Source: Candidatus Multivorans sp.
Lineage (GTDB): Bacteria > Acidobacteriota > Thermoanaerobaculia > Multivoradales > Multivoraceae
Length of the DNA: 64,000 bases
NCBI GenBank assembly: GCA_965224025.1
Contig: OZ245033.1
Coordinates: 4,896,001 to 4,960,000 of the forward strand
Direction of reading: 5' to 3'
Of this stretch, positions 1-10,110 are shown piece after piece (positions within the stretch are counted from its first letter, which is position 1; each line of letters opens with the position of its first letter). Both the position numbers and the translations under genes were made by a program. The notes under the pieces were generated by a model. It had not been told where the DNA came from. It searched no databases and worked only from the letters and a program-made list of their open reading frames with translations.

Positions 1-233
1 AGGTCGCCCGCGACGGCGTCACGGTCAACTCGGCCCAGCCCGGCATCCATGCCACCGACCGGATCAAGTCACTCGGCAACACGGACGTCGTGGCCCAGCG
101 CGTGCCGACCGGCACGCTCGGCACCGCCGAGGACTTCGGCAAGGCGGTCGCGTTCCTGTGCTCCGAGCCGGCGAAGTTCATTACCGGCACGAGCATCCTG
201 CTCGACGGCGGCGCCTACCAGGGCCTGATCTGA
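1..233 (+). CDS. SDR family oxidoreductase, 3' end only (runs off window)
   Basis: Frame from nt 3 reads VARDGVTVNSAQPGIHATDR...FLCSEPAKFITGTSILLDGGAYQGLI*, a typical SDR C-terminus; TGA at 231-233. Confidence 0.85.
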   Translation, partial: VARDGVTVNSAQPGIHATDRIKSLGNTDVVAQRVPTGTLGTAEDFGKAVAFLCSEPAKFITGTSILLDGGAYQGLI

Positions 234-322
234 GTCGCTTTCGGGCCACTCGAAAATTCGAACCGCGTTCGTGATACTCTAGGGAGCAAGAGACTCGACA
301 ACAACAGCTCGGAGGATCGACC

Positions 323-3010
323 ATGAGTCGACACACGAACCGCTCTCTCCCCTGGCTTCTCGCTGTACTCCTCTGCTGCGCCCCGCCGATGCTGGCCGAC
401 GGTCCGCAGACCGGCACGATCGACGGTCGGGTCACGGACGCCGACGGGAGCGCGGTTCCCGGCGTTTCCGTCACCCTCACCGGGCCGCAGCGGACCAGGA
501 ACGCGATCACCGACGCCGACGGCGGCTACCGATTCGCCCTCCTCCAGGCCGGCGACTTCACGATCACGGCCGAACTCGAAGGGCTCGGCAGAGCCGAGTT
601 CGCCACGACACTGAATCCGGGCCAGCGGCGTGGAGTCAACCTCACCCTGATCCCGGCCGAGGCGGAGGAGATCACGGTCACCGCCGACGCGGTCCTGATC
701 AGCAAGTACGACACCGGTGTCGTCAGCAGCGCTCGCGCCGAGGTGGTGGAGAACGTCGCCTACGGCACCCGCAACTACTCCTCGACGCTGCGTCAACTGC
801 CGGGCGTGGTCAGTATCAATGAGGGCGACCACCTGCCGGCGGTGAACGGCGGACTCTCGACCGAGACCCAGGTCCTGATCGACGGCGTGGACACCAGCAA
901 CACGCGCCGCGGCGGCGAGGCGCGGCTCATCATGCCGGCCACGGCCCTCGCCGAGTCCAGGCTCGAAACCCAGGGCTTCGGCGCCGAGTACGGCCGGGTC
1001 ATGGGCGGCGTCATCAACTCGACGGTCAAGACCGGCACCAACGAACTTCACGGCAACTTGCTGTACGTCGGCCAGAACCCGAAGTGGAGGACCTTGAACC
1101 AACTGGAACTTGAGCGGCCGGACGACCACACGCCGAGCTTCGAGGCGTCGCTCGGCGGTCCGATCCGGCGCGAGAAGGCCTGGTTCTTCGTCGCCTGGTC
1201 CGACATGACGAACAACCTGCTCGACCGGCTGCGGGACGGCACGGTCATCGACAGCAGCCGCACGTCCGAGCCCCGCATCGCCAAGCTGAACTTCCAGCCC
1301 AGCGACCGGCATCAGGTCGCGGGCACATGGATCGATTCCCGCGGCAACGGCATCGCAAGTCCGGGCAACTCGGGCGACTTCCTGTCCCTGATGGACCGGC
1401 CGCTGTTCGCTCAGCTCGCGACGGTCACCTGGAGCTTCGCCGCCAGCAACTCGGTCTTCCTCGAGGTGAAGGCATCGAAGCGCAAGGACCTGTTCCCGCG
1501 GAATCTTCTCTTCCCCAAGGAGAGCCTCGATTCCAACGCCTCGCCCGACGACCCCCCGGGGAACAACTATCGCTACCGTGACCTGCTGACCAACCTGCGC
1601 CACAACGGGCCGGCCTCGGGTTCCGGCATCGGCTACAACGACTTCCCGCGGGACACGGCAAGCGCTTCGGCGAGCATCTTCCGCCGCAACCACGAGGTCA
1701 AGTTCGGTATCGACATCCAGGACATCGCGTTCACGAACCTGGGCAACGTCGGCAAGGAGTTCCGCGGGCGCGGCTACGACCCGAGCCTCCCAGGCGGCTA
1801 CGAGCGGCCGCAACGGGTGCGCATCTTCGACGACTCCGTGCCCTCCCAGAGCGAGGGAGTCGAGAGTGCGTTCTACGTCCAGGACCGGATCGACATCGGC
1901 AACCAGTGGAGCCTCCACCTCGGCCTCCGCCTCGACGATCAGACGATCAAGAACGATGTCGGGCGCACAGTCGACGACACGCAGGAGTGGGCACCGCGCG
2001 TGACCGCGGTCTACGACATCAAGGCCGACGGCACGCTCCTGTTCCGGGCGAGCGCCGGTCGCTACTACCAGAACATCCCGCTCGACTTCGCCTACCGCGA
2101 GTACAGCGAACTGCCGACCGGCCAGCAGTCCTACACCGAGTACAACTGGAACTCCAGCACACTGCGCTACGACCGGTTCCGGAGGCAGGTCAGGCCGGCG
2201 GGCGGCGGCGAGATCCAGCGCGTCGACCACTTCTACAAGGACCAGGTCGCGGTGGGCCTCGACTGGCAGTTCAGCCGGAACTGGGTGTTCCGCGCCAGCG
2301 CCGTCTCGCACGAGACGGACAACATCTACTTCGGCAACGAACAGTTCACCGCCGACGGCACGGGCGTTGAACGGGTGGTTCGCAACTGGCCGGGCGCGTT
2401 CCGCGAGTACCAGGGCGTTACCTTTGAGTTGAACCGTCGTTTCCGCAACAACTGGTCGCTCAACACCAACCTGACGAGCGGCGACGCAGAGGGCAACACG
2501 GAGAGCGTGAACACGAACTCGAACCTGTTCGAGGGGTTGGGCGGCATCGAGCTCGACACCGGCGCTACCGACGCGACGAGCCGCTACCAGGCAGGGCGCA
2601 TGGGCCACGACATCGACCGGCTGAACATCGTCGGGGTCCGGATCTTCGAGCTGGGCGAACACCGGCTGTCCCTGGGCGGCTTCTTCTCCGGCAGCAGCGG
2701 CCGCTACTTCGGCCCGACCCTGGCCACCACGGTCGCTCATCCGACCACCGGCGTCGAGATCGACACGGTGACCCGCCTGGCGCCGCGAGACAACCTGCAG
2801 CTCGACGACATCTACACGCTCAGCGCCTCGCTGGTCTGGTTCTTCCCGATCCGAGGTACGTTCGAGGGCCAGCTCGGCTTCGAGGCGGCCAACATGACCG
2901 ACGAGCAGGGCGTGCTCTTCGTCAACCCGCGCACGCTGGAACCGATCTCGACGGTGACCGCCTGGCAACTGCCGCGCGAGTTCCGGTTGAAGGCGGGTTT
3001 CCGCTTCTGA
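323..3010 (+). CDS. TonB-dependent receptor, Oar-like, with N-terminal carboxypeptidase-regulatory-like domain
   Basis: GGAGG RBS, signal peptide, GTIDGRVTDADGSAVPGVSVTL domain, plug motif AEYGRVMGGVINSTVKTGTNELHG, C-terminal beta-signal KAGFRF. Confidence 0.9.
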   Translation: MSRHTNRSLPWLLAVLLCCAPPMLADGPQTGTIDGRVTDADGSAVPGVSVTLTGPQRTRNAITDADGGYRFALLQAGDFTITAELEGLGRAEFATTLNPGQRRGVNLTLIPAEAEEITVTADAVLISKYDTGVVSSARAEVVENVAYGTRNYSSTLRQLPGVVSINEGDHLPAVNGGLSTETQVLIDGVDTSNTRRGGEARLIMPATALAESRLETQGFGAEYGRVMGGVINSTVKTGTNELHGNLLYVGQNPKWRTLNQLELERPDDHTPSFEASLGGPIRREKAWFFVAWSDMTNNLLDRLRDGTVIDSSRTSEPRIAKLNFQPSDRHQVAGTWIDSRGNGIASPGNSGDFLSLMDRPLFAQLATVTWSFAASNSVFLEVKASKRKDLFPRNLLFPKESLDSNASPDDPPGNNYRYRDLLTNLRHNGPASGSGIGYNDFPRDTASASASIFRRNHEVKFGIDIQDIAFTNLGNVGKEFRGRGYDPSLPGGYERPQRVRIFDDSVPSQSEGVESAFYVQDRIDIGNQWSLHLGLRLDDQTIKNDVGRTVDDTQEWAPRVTAVYDIKADGTLLFRASAGRYYQNIPLDFAYREYSELPTGQQSYTEYNWNSSTLRYDRFRRQVRPAGGGEIQRVDHFYKDQVAVGLDWQFSRNWVFRASAVSHETDNIYFGNEQFTADGTGVERVVRNWPGAFREYQGVTFELNRRFRNNWSLNTNLTSGDAEGNTESVNTNSNLFEGLGGIELDTGATDATSRYQAGRMGHDIDRLNIVGVRIFELGEHRLSLGGFFSGSSGRYFGPTLATTVAHPTTGVEIDTVTRLAPRDNLQLDDIYTLSASLVWFFPIRGTFEGQLGFEAANMTDEQGVLFVNPRTLEPISTVTAWQLPREFRLKAGFRF

Positions 3011-3081
3011 TCGAAAGCCCGGTCAGGGCGAGCGGGCCGCTGCCTAGATCGGGGCACGCCGACAGGGCAAAGGAGAAACGT

Positions 3082-4581
3082 ATGAGAACGTCCGTCGCCG
3101 CGGTCCTGCTGCTCGCCTCCCTCTCCTGCGCTCCCTCCGCCGATCCGCCCGTCCGGCACAACGTCCTGTTCATCGTCGCCGACGACCTGAACATCGCGCT
3201 CGGCAACTACGACGCCTACCCGACCGCGCGGACGCCGAACCTCGACCGTCTGGCGGCCGAGGGCGTCCGCTTCGACCGGGCCTACGCGCAGCATCCGGTA
3301 TGCAATCCCTCCCGGGCGTCCTTCTTGAGCGGGCTGCGGCCGGAAACGACGCAGGTCATCCACAACTTCCTGGAGCCGCGCCACGCCGTCGGCGATGTCG
3401 TCATGCTGCCCGAGTACTTCCGGCGGCACGGATTCTTCACGGCCCGGGTGGGCAAGGTCGCCCACGGCCGCTACGAGGACTCCGTCACCTGGGACATCTC
3501 GGAGAACGCCCGCCGGAGGGGCCCCGAGAACTACCTTCCCGGCGTCGACCACTCCGAGGTCCGCGACAACTCCTGGACCGAAGGCTCCGAGGGCGGCATG
3601 TCACGGGCGGACGTCTTCGCGCCCCATGGCCGAACCGGCGGACTGCCACTTACCTGGCGCGCAACGGACGAGCGCGAAGAGGACACACCCGACGGCCGCA
3701 CGACGCACCGAGTCATCGAGATCCTGCGGGAACACGAGGGTGACAAGCCGTTCTTCATCGCCGCGGGCTTCCACAAGCCGCACCAGCCCTGGGTAGCGCC
3801 CGCCAGCTTCTTCGAACAGCATCCGCTTTCCGAGACCGCGCTGCCAAGCGAGCCCGACGATGACCGCGACGACATTCCGGTTCCCGCCCTCGTCGGTTAC
3901 CCGGACGACGCCCTCCACACCGACGACCAGAAGCGGCAGGCGATCGCGGCCTACCACGCCACAGTCACGCTGATTGACCACCAGGTCGGCCTGCTGCTCG
4001 ACGCGCTCAGCGACCTCGGTCTGGAGGAGTCCACAATCGTCGTCTTCGTCAGCGATCACGGCTTCCACCTCGGTGAGCACGGCGGCATGTGGCGCAAGCA
4101 GTCGCAGTTCGAGGAGTCGACCCGCGTACCCCTGATCGTGCGCGCGCCTGGCGTCGCAGGCGGCAGATCGACGACGGGTCTGGTCGAACTCGTCGACCTC
4201 TATCCGACGCTCGCCGACCTCTCCGATCTACCGGTACCGGCGGATCTCGAGGGCACGAGTTTCCGGCCACTGCTCGAGAACCCCGACAGGGGCTGGAAGA
4301 GCGCGATCTTCTCGCGCTCGGATCGCTTCACGCGGCCCGATCGGCAGCATCTCACCGCCGGGCTCAGCGTTCGAACCGCCCGGTATCGCTACACGGAATG
4401 GACCCCCATCGGAGGAGGCGGCGAGGTTGAGATCGAACTCTACGACCTGGAGACGGATCCCAGGGAGTTCGACAACCTGGGAGAGGATCCCCACCACGCC
4501 GCTCTGCGGGACCGGCTCGCCCGCGAACTTGAAGCCGGTTGGGGAGCCGCCCTGCCGTCCGGAAGCCAGGCGCCGTCGTAG
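3082..4581 (+). CDS. Cys-type (formylglycine-dependent) sulfatase, iduronate/choline-sulfatase-like
   Basis: AAGGAG RBS; NVLFIVADDL, CNPSRASFLSG (CxPxR), GFHKPH, SDHGFHLGEHG motifs; export signal. Confidence 0.93.
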   Translation: MRTSVAAVLLLASLSCAPSADPPVRHNVLFIVADDLNIALGNYDAYPTARTPNLDRLAAEGVRFDRAYAQHPVCNPSRASFLSGLRPETTQVIHNFLEPRHAVGDVVMLPEYFRRHGFFTARVGKVAHGRYEDSVTWDISENARRRGPENYLPGVDHSEVRDNSWTEGSEGGMSRADVFAPHGRTGGLPLTWRATDEREEDTPDGRTTHRVIEILREHEGDKPFFIAAGFHKPHQPWVAPASFFEQHPLSETALPSEPDDDRDDIPVPALVGYPDDALHTDDQKRQAIAAYHATVTLIDHQVGLLLDALSDLGLEESTIVVFVSDHGFHLGEHGGMWRKQSQFEESTRVPLIVRAPGVAGGRSTTGLVELVDLYPTLADLSDLPVPADLEGTSFRPLLENPDRGWKSAIFSRSDRFTRPDRQHLTAGLSVRTARYRYTEWTPIGGGGEVEIELYDLETDPREFDNLGEDPHHAALRDRLARELEAGWGAALPSGSQAPS

Positions 4582-4608
4582 CCACGGCCGGACCCGGTTT
4601 CAGGTCGA

Positions 4609-5280
4609 TCAGACAGCCGCGCTCGTCAGGGCCGCATCGATAGCGGCCAGCCGACTCTGGCTCTCGAGCATCTCCTGCTCGAGTCCACGCCGCGACCCGT
4701 CCGTCGAGGCCGCCAGCAGGCAGAGGCTCACGAGATACCGGACCCGAGCCAACGTCTCCTCGGCACCGGTCACGCGCCGGGCCCACAGCGACAACCACAC
4801 GCCGACGTGACCGAGAACGACCATCGCAAACTGTTCAGGATCGACTGAGAGCAGCAGGTCGCCTCCAGCCGCCGCGCGGCGGAATTCCTTCTCCAGGTGC
4901 GCCTTCGCGACCTCTCCGATCGGTCCGGTAGCCGGACGGCGCCAGGGCACTGGCAGATTGATGGGCCGCGCCAACTCGGCAGGCGACTCCGAGACCCCCA
5001 GCGTCAGGTCGACGATCGCACGAATACGATCGAAGGGGTCCGTTTCCCCAAGTTGCGCTATCCGGCGTTCGAGTCTGCGAGCCCCGGATCTCCGCAGGGC
5101 CTCGAGGATCTCCTCCTTCGACCCGTAATAGTTGTACAGCGTCGTGACGTCGAGACGGGCCTTGCGGGCCAGCGCCCGCATCGTGCACGCTTCGATACCG
5201 CCATTCGAGATCAGCTTGGTCGCCGCCTCCAGAATCCGTCGCTTGCGACGGCGCGTGTTGAGTTCTCTTCGACCAGGCAA
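4609..5280 (-). CDS. TetR/AcrR family transcriptional regulator
   Basis: RRRILEAATKLISNGGIEACTMRALARKARLDVTTLYNYYGSKEEIL HTH signature. Confidence 0.9.
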   Translation of the reverse strand: MPGRRELNTRRRKRRILEAATKLISNGGIEACTMRALARKARLDVTTLYNYYGSKEEILEALRRSGARRLERRIAQLGETDPFDRIRAIVDLTLGVSESPAELARPINLPVPWRRPATGPIGEVAKAHLEKEFRRAAAGGDLLLSVDPEQFAMVVLGHVGVWLSLWARRVTGAEETLARVRYLVSLCLLAASTDGSRRGLEQEMLESQSRLAAIDAALTSAAV

Positions 5281-5334
5281 GTGTTCTCCTCGGTGAAGGT
5301 CCTGCGGCGAGGCGTCAGCGTGAGAGGAGCAGAG

Positions 5335-6282
5335 CTACTCCAGTGTGGCGGCGCAACGGAAGCCCATGTGTCCGGTCGCGCTGTCGGGCGTGTTGTGGGT
5401 ACGAGCCGAAACCCGGTAGCGGTTGCAGTAGGAAGCATGACACAGGTGGGATCCGCCCCGAATGACACGGGCGACACCGGTTTCGGGCCCTTTCGGATCG
5501 CGGGCGCCGGCGGCCGGCAGGCGGGGCCCAAACCAGTCCGTACACCACTCCCAGACGTTGCCGATCATGTTGTAGAGACCGAAACGATTCGGCGGAAAGG
5601 CGTCGACCGGGCAGGTGCCCCGGTAGCCGTCTTCCCCCTCGTCCCGGCGCGGAAAGTCGCCCTGCCACACGTTGCAACGGTGCTCACCCTCCGGTTCGAG
5701 CTCGTCGCCCCAGGGAAAGTCACTCCCCTCCACGCCGCCGCGAGCCGCGCACTCCCACTCGGCTTCCGTCGGCAAGCGGCAGCCAGCCCAGGAATTGTAG
5801 GCGACGGCGTCGTTGTGCGACACATGCAACACGGGGTGATCCAGTCGCCGCACGATCGACGAACCGGGTCCTTCCGGCCGCCGCCAGTCCGCGTAGTCGA
5901 TCCGGCACCACCACGGAGCCGCCGGCAACCGCTCCACGATGCCGTGACGTCGCAGCCTGCGCGAGAGCCAGCCCTCGAAGACGAAGGACCAACCCAGACG
6001 CTCACTGTCGGTGCGGTAGCCCGTCGTCTCGACGAAGTCGGCGAAGTCGCGATTCGAGACGGCGAACACGTCGATCGCGAACGCGCCGACTTCGACTTCG
6101 CGCGACGGTCGCTCGCCGTCGCCGGGCACTGCCTGACGCGAGTCCGTACCCATCCGAAAGCGGCCGCCGTCGAGTCGCACCATCTTCCGCCCTTGTACGG
6201 GAGCAAGACCCGCGGCCATTGGACCGCGGTTCTCTCGAGCTGGCAAGGTGCCGCCGCGAGGCGGCGAACAGCAAGAGTCCAT
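5335..6282 (-). CDS. Formylglycine-generating enzyme (sulfatase-modifying factor, SUMF1/FGE)
   Basis: RLPTEAEWE, NVWQGDFP, GNVWEWC, RGGSHLCHASYCNRYRVSAR (catalytic Cys pair), HMGFRC; start placed at ATG 6282 (MDSCC), not the ORF-track start 6429. Confidence 0.92.
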   Translation of the reverse strand: MDSCCSPPRGGTLPARENRGPMAAGLAPVQGRKMVRLDGGRFRMGTDSRQAVPGDGERPSREVEVGAFAIDVFAVSNRDFADFVETTGYRTDSERLGWSFVFEGWLSRRLRRHGIVERLPAAPWWCRIDYADWRRPEGPGSSIVRRLDHPVLHVSHNDAVAYNSWAGCRLPTEAEWECAARGGVEGSDFPWGDELEPEGEHRCNVWQGDFPRRDEGEDGYRGTCPVDAFPPNRFGLYNMIGNVWEWCTDWFGPRLPAAGARDPKGPETGVARVIRGGSHLCHASYCNRYRVSARTHNTPDSATGHMGFRCAATLE

Positions 6283-6399
6283 CGAGTGCCGCAGCCTATC
6301 CCGAACGGGCCAAACTTCCAACCCTGTTTGCGGACCCAAGAGCACCGACGGCGGATACCTCGGCCAAGCTACTGCACACGACGGACGTAGCCCTTGCCA

Positions 6400-6762
6400 G
6401 CTCCCCAGAGCGCGATGCAGCCCAACCACGACATCATCGCGCCAAGCGCATACGCACCCCGATAGCCACCCACCAGATCATGGGCCCAGCCCAGCAGGAG
6501 CGGACCAAGCGCCACCCCCACCGACGCGCACAAGGTACTCACCGAATAGATCCGCGCGTAGCTTCGAGACCGCCAGACCGGCGAACCCGCTGCTCGCGAA
6601 GAAGACGGTCGAGGCTAGCGACGCCGCCGAGACCGAGAATCCGCGCTCGCGCGTGAGAGCCTCGAGCAGCACCGACTGGTTGTAGAAGCCAAGCCCCGAC
6701 GAGAACATCATCATGACGAACAACGCACCGACGATCTGCCAGCGAGTGGAGATGCGCGCCAT
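6400..6762 (-). pseudogene. MFS transporter remnant, copy A (N-terminus joined out of frame to C-terminal helices)
   Basis: MARISTRWQIVGALFVMMMFSSGLGFYNQSV...GLAVSK, then in another frame SYARIYSVSTLCASVGVALGPLLLGWAHDLVGGY; central part absent; paralog at 16960-17588; left boundary approximate. Confidence 0.8.
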
Positions 6763-9329
6763 CAGGAGCCTTCCCGCAGCGAGTCGATCGGCGGCCTGCG
6801 CAGCGCGCCGGCACTAGCCAGGAGCCCCGTTCCGAGCGCGAGCAGGCTGCCCGCCGAGAGCGCCCCCAACACCGCCAGGGGGCGGAAGGACCACGCGAGT
6901 TCGAGTTCGCGAGTAACTAGCCACCACGACGCCGACAAGCCGAGCACAGCCGCCACAACCGCCGCGGACAGACCGATCAGTGCGTACTCGGCCGCGAAGG
7001 CGCGCAGCACGTCGAAGCGGGTCGAGCCGATCGTCTTGAGCAGCGCCGCCTCCCGGCCACGTAGCTGTGAGCCCGCCGCGACCGCGCCGGCCAGCGTCAG
7101 CAGGGCAGCCGCCACGGTGAAGCTGCCGAGCACCCGAACGCCGACCTGCAGGTCCCCGATCAGGTCGATCACCTTCTGCAGCACCTCCCGAATCCGGACC
7201 ACGGCGACGCCGGGATGGGCCCTGTAGACCGCGTCCTGGATCCCCTGTTCCATTTCGTCCGGCAACCAGGCGGCCGCCAGACGGGTCTGCGGCGCCCAGT
7301 CCACGGCCGCAGGTTCGACCACGAGGAAGAAGTTGATCCCGAAACCCTCCCAGTCCACCCGCCTGAGACTGGTCACCGTGATCGTGGCTTCCCGGTTCCC
7401 CACGTCCAGAGCGATCGTGGAGCCGACGCCCACCCCGATCGTCTCCGCGAAGTCCTGCTCGACGCTGACCTCAAGGGCCGCCGGATCAACCCAGGGCTCC
7501 GCCAACGTCGCCGGCCCGACGGATTCGACGATCGCGTTGTCTGACGGCAGTTCATCCAGGTAGGTCAAGCGCAACTGGCGCCTCAATGCCCAGCGATTCC
7601 CCTCGTGGGTCCGCTCAGCCACCGGAACGCCGTCTATCGTCGTAAACCGCGCCATGACCACCGGCGCTGACTGCACCCTTTCGGCGCCCTCGCGCTCGAG
7701 AAGCTCGGCGAGTTCCTCCCAGCCCGCTTGTGGCACGTTGAGCAGGAAGGCGCTCGGCGCGTTGTCCGGAAGTCCCGCGGCCAGTTCGTCGTGAAGGTGT
7801 CCCTGGACCACGAACATCGCGAGCAGCACCATCAGACCTATCCCCAGAGCCACCGAGGCGGCCAGCGTGCCTGATTCGGGCCGCGCCAGTGCCGCGACCC
7901 CGTACCGGAGCCAGGAGGAGCGACACCCCGGGGCCAGGAACCGGGCCAGCGAACGCAGCGCTAGCGCGGCAAGGACCAGGGCGGCAACCGCGCCCCCCAC
8001 CGCGCCCAGGAACCGGAGCGCGAGCCACAGCGACCCGGCCTGGAGCGCGGCCGAACCGGCGACGCCGGCGGCGACCGCGAACAGCGACAGCCCGCTCGCG
8101 AGCCATGAACCCGGCAGCGGCTCGGCGCCACGACGAAAGACCCGCACCGGCGGCGCCCGCAGCACGACCAGCAGCGCCGGCGCGGAGAACGCGGTCGATA
8201 CCCCGATGCCCAGCGCCACTCCACGAAGAAAGGCCCACGGCTGCCAGATCGAAACCGCTTCCACCGGCAGCGCGCCGCCAAGGATCGCCGGCACGAGGAG
8301 CATCGAGAGCAGGCCGACGGCGCCGCCGATCACCCCGGCCACCAGACCCAGCAACACCGCCTGAACGAGGTACGTGCGCAGGAGATCGCGAGGGCGGGCT
8401 CCGAGGCACTTGAGAACGGCGAGCGCATCGAGGCGCTGCGTGAGCCAAGCGCGAATTCCCTGCGCCACGCCGACACCGCCGACCAGCAGCGACAGCAGCG
8501 CGACCAACCCCAGATAGCGCGAAAGCCGCTCCAGGTCTTCGCGGATGCCGGGCTGCGCATCGGCGTACGTCTCGACCCGCACCGCCGCAGCGTTCTCGAT
8601 CTCGCCACGGAACGCCTCCGCCTGAAGCTCCAGTTCCTCCAGGGAACCCTCACCCGGCAAACGCACCAACACCCGGTAGCCGCCGAAGCCGGCAAACGGG
8701 AAGATCCCCGCGGCCTCCTGCGCCGCCACGCCTACGAGGACTCGCGGCCCGAACGCGAAGCCCGTCGGCAGCCGGTCGGGCTCCCCTTCCAGCACGCCGG
8801 CGATCCGGAGCGTCCGCCTTCCGAGGCGAAGCTCGTCGCCGATCTCGAGTCCCAGACGGGAAAGGGCTTCCGGCGAAACCAGCGCCGAGTCGTCGCCGAG
8901 CACGTCGGCCGGGCTCTTCCCCGCCGGGAGCGGCGGCCGGACTTGCAACTCGCCATAGAACGGATAGCCGCCCGAAATCGCCTTCAACTCGACCAACAGG
9001 CTCGACGGGCCTCCTTCGCCCGCCTCGAAGGCCTTCGTCCGGCCCACCATCGCAGCCAGTTCGCGAACCTCCGCGATGGCGGCCCCCGGCACGGAGCCGA
9101 CCGCCTCGAGAACCCGCTCCGGGATCGGAGCCCGCGACCGAAACGCCAGATCAGCGGCCAGGAGCTTCCTGGCTTCTCCGCGAATCGCCCCGTCGACGCT
9201 CGAAGCCAGCCCCGCGACCGAAACCACGGCGCCGACCCCGACCGAGAGGCACGGCACCCAGACCAGGACCCGGCCCAGTGAACCGCGGAACTCCCGCAGC
9301 GAGTACCGGAATGTCACGCCCGGGCCCAC
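6762..9329 (-). CDS. ABC transporter permease, FtsX/YbbP-like
   Basis: Two FtsX-type TM bundles (LAVLKCLGA, REAALLKTIGSTR), EARKLLAADL and LRRVDWEGFGINFFLV motifs; GTG 9329 or 9317 probable start. Confidence 0.9.
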   Translation of the reverse strand: MGPGVTFRYSLREFRGSLGRVLVWVPCLSVGVGAVVSVAGLASSVDGAIRGEARKLLAADLAFRSRAPIPERVLEAVGSVPGAAIAEVRELAAMVGRTKAFEAGEGGPSSLLVELKAISGGYPFYGELQVRPPLPAGKSPADVLGDDSALVSPEALSRLGLEIGDELRLGRRTLRIAGVLEGEPDRLPTGFAFGPRVLVGVAAQEAAGIFPFAGFGGYRVLVRLPGEGSLEELELQAEAFRGEIENAAAVRVETYADAQPGIREDLERLSRYLGLVALLSLLVGGVGVAQGIRAWLTQRLDALAVLKCLGARPRDLLRTYLVQAVLLGLVAGVIGGAVGLLSMLLVPAILGGALPVEAVSIWQPWAFLRGVALGIGVSTAFSAPALLVVLRAPPVRVFRRGAEPLPGSWLASGLSLFAVAAGVAGSAALQAGSLWLALRFLGAVGGAVAALVLAALALRSLARFLAPGCRSSWLRYGVAALARPESGTLAASVALGIGLMVLLAMFVVQGHLHDELAAGLPDNAPSAFLLNVPQAGWEELAELLEREGAERVQSAPVVMARFTTIDGVPVAERTHEGNRWALRRQLRLTYLDELPSDNAIVESVGPATLAEPWVDPAALEVSVEQDFAETIGVGVGSTIALDVGNREATITVTSLRRVDWEGFGINFFLVVEPAAVDWAPQTRLAAAWLPDEMEQGIQDAVYRAHPGVAVVRIREVLQKVIDLIGDLQVGVRVLGSFTVAAALLTLAGAVAAGSQLRGREAALLKTIGSTRFDVLRAFAAEYALIGLSAAVVAAVLGLSASWWLVTRELELAWSFRPLAVLGALSAGSLLALGTGLLASAGALRRPPIDSLREGS

Positions 9330-9330
9330 G

Positions 9331-10110
9331 TCAGCGTCCTTCCGTAAAGCGCCCGTCCACCATGACCAGCTCACGATCGGCGCGAGCGGCAACCGCCGGG
9401 TCGTGGGTGACGAGCACCAGGGTCGAGCCGAAGCGATCCCGGAGAGCCATCATAACGTCCAGAACCGCGGCCCCCGTGGCCGAGTCCAGGTTGCCGGTGG
9501 GCTCGTCCCCAAGCAGGATCAGCGGCTCGGCGGCGAAGGCCCTGGCCAGGGCGACCCGCTGCTGCTCTCCGCCCGAGAGCTGAGACGGATAGTGGTGACC
9601 GCGCTCCGCAAGCCCGACATCAGCCAGCAGAGCCTCGGCACGCTGCCGCGAGCGACGGCGCCCGAGCAGGTCGAGCGGAAACTGGACGTTCTCCCGCGCA
9701 GTCAGATTGCCGAGCAACTGGAAGGACTGGAAGACGAAGCCGATCTTCTCGCGCCGCAGCAGCGCCAGTTCGTCCTCACTCAGACCCTCGATCGGCCGGC
9801 CGTCGATCAGCACACTGCCCGCGGTCGGGCGGTCGAGGCCGGCGAGCAGAGCCAGCAACGTCGATTTACCCGCCCCTGACGGGCCCCGGATCGACACGCA
9901 CTCGCCCGCCGCCACCTGCAGGTCGATGTCGTTTACGACGACCAGAGTGCGCTCCCCGGAGCGCAACTCGCGCCGCAGTCCGCGGGCCTCGATCCGCGGA
10001 GGAGTTCCAGGCGGTGCGCCGACGGAAGGTGAAGCGCTTCCCCGGCTCAGAAGATCCCCATCATCGCGCGCCACTGTTCCAGGCTGTTCGGTCGGAGGTA
10101 GGCGTTCCAC
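9331..10110 (-). CDS. ABC transporter ATP-binding protein, YbbA/LolD-like (start uncertain)
   Basis: GPSGAGKST Walker A, LSGGEQQRVALARA signature, DEPTGNLD, VTHD. Confidence 0.93.
   Translation of the reverse strand: MERLPPTEQPGTVARDDGDLLSRGSASPSVGAPPGTPPRIEARGLRRELRSGERTLVVVNDIDLQVAAGECVSIRGPSGAGKSTLLALLAGLDRPTAGSVLIDGRPIEGLSEDELALLRREKIGFVFQSFQLLGNLTARENVQFPLDLLGRRRSRQRAEALLADVGLAERGHHYPSQLSGGEQQRVALARAFAAEPLILLGDEPTGNLDSATGAAVLDVMMALRDRFGSTLVLVTHDPAVAARADRELVMVDGRFTEGR

Noticed and set aside
215-2968. 917-aa minus-strand ORF
   Set aside because: Antisense shadow of the TonB receptor; no motifs
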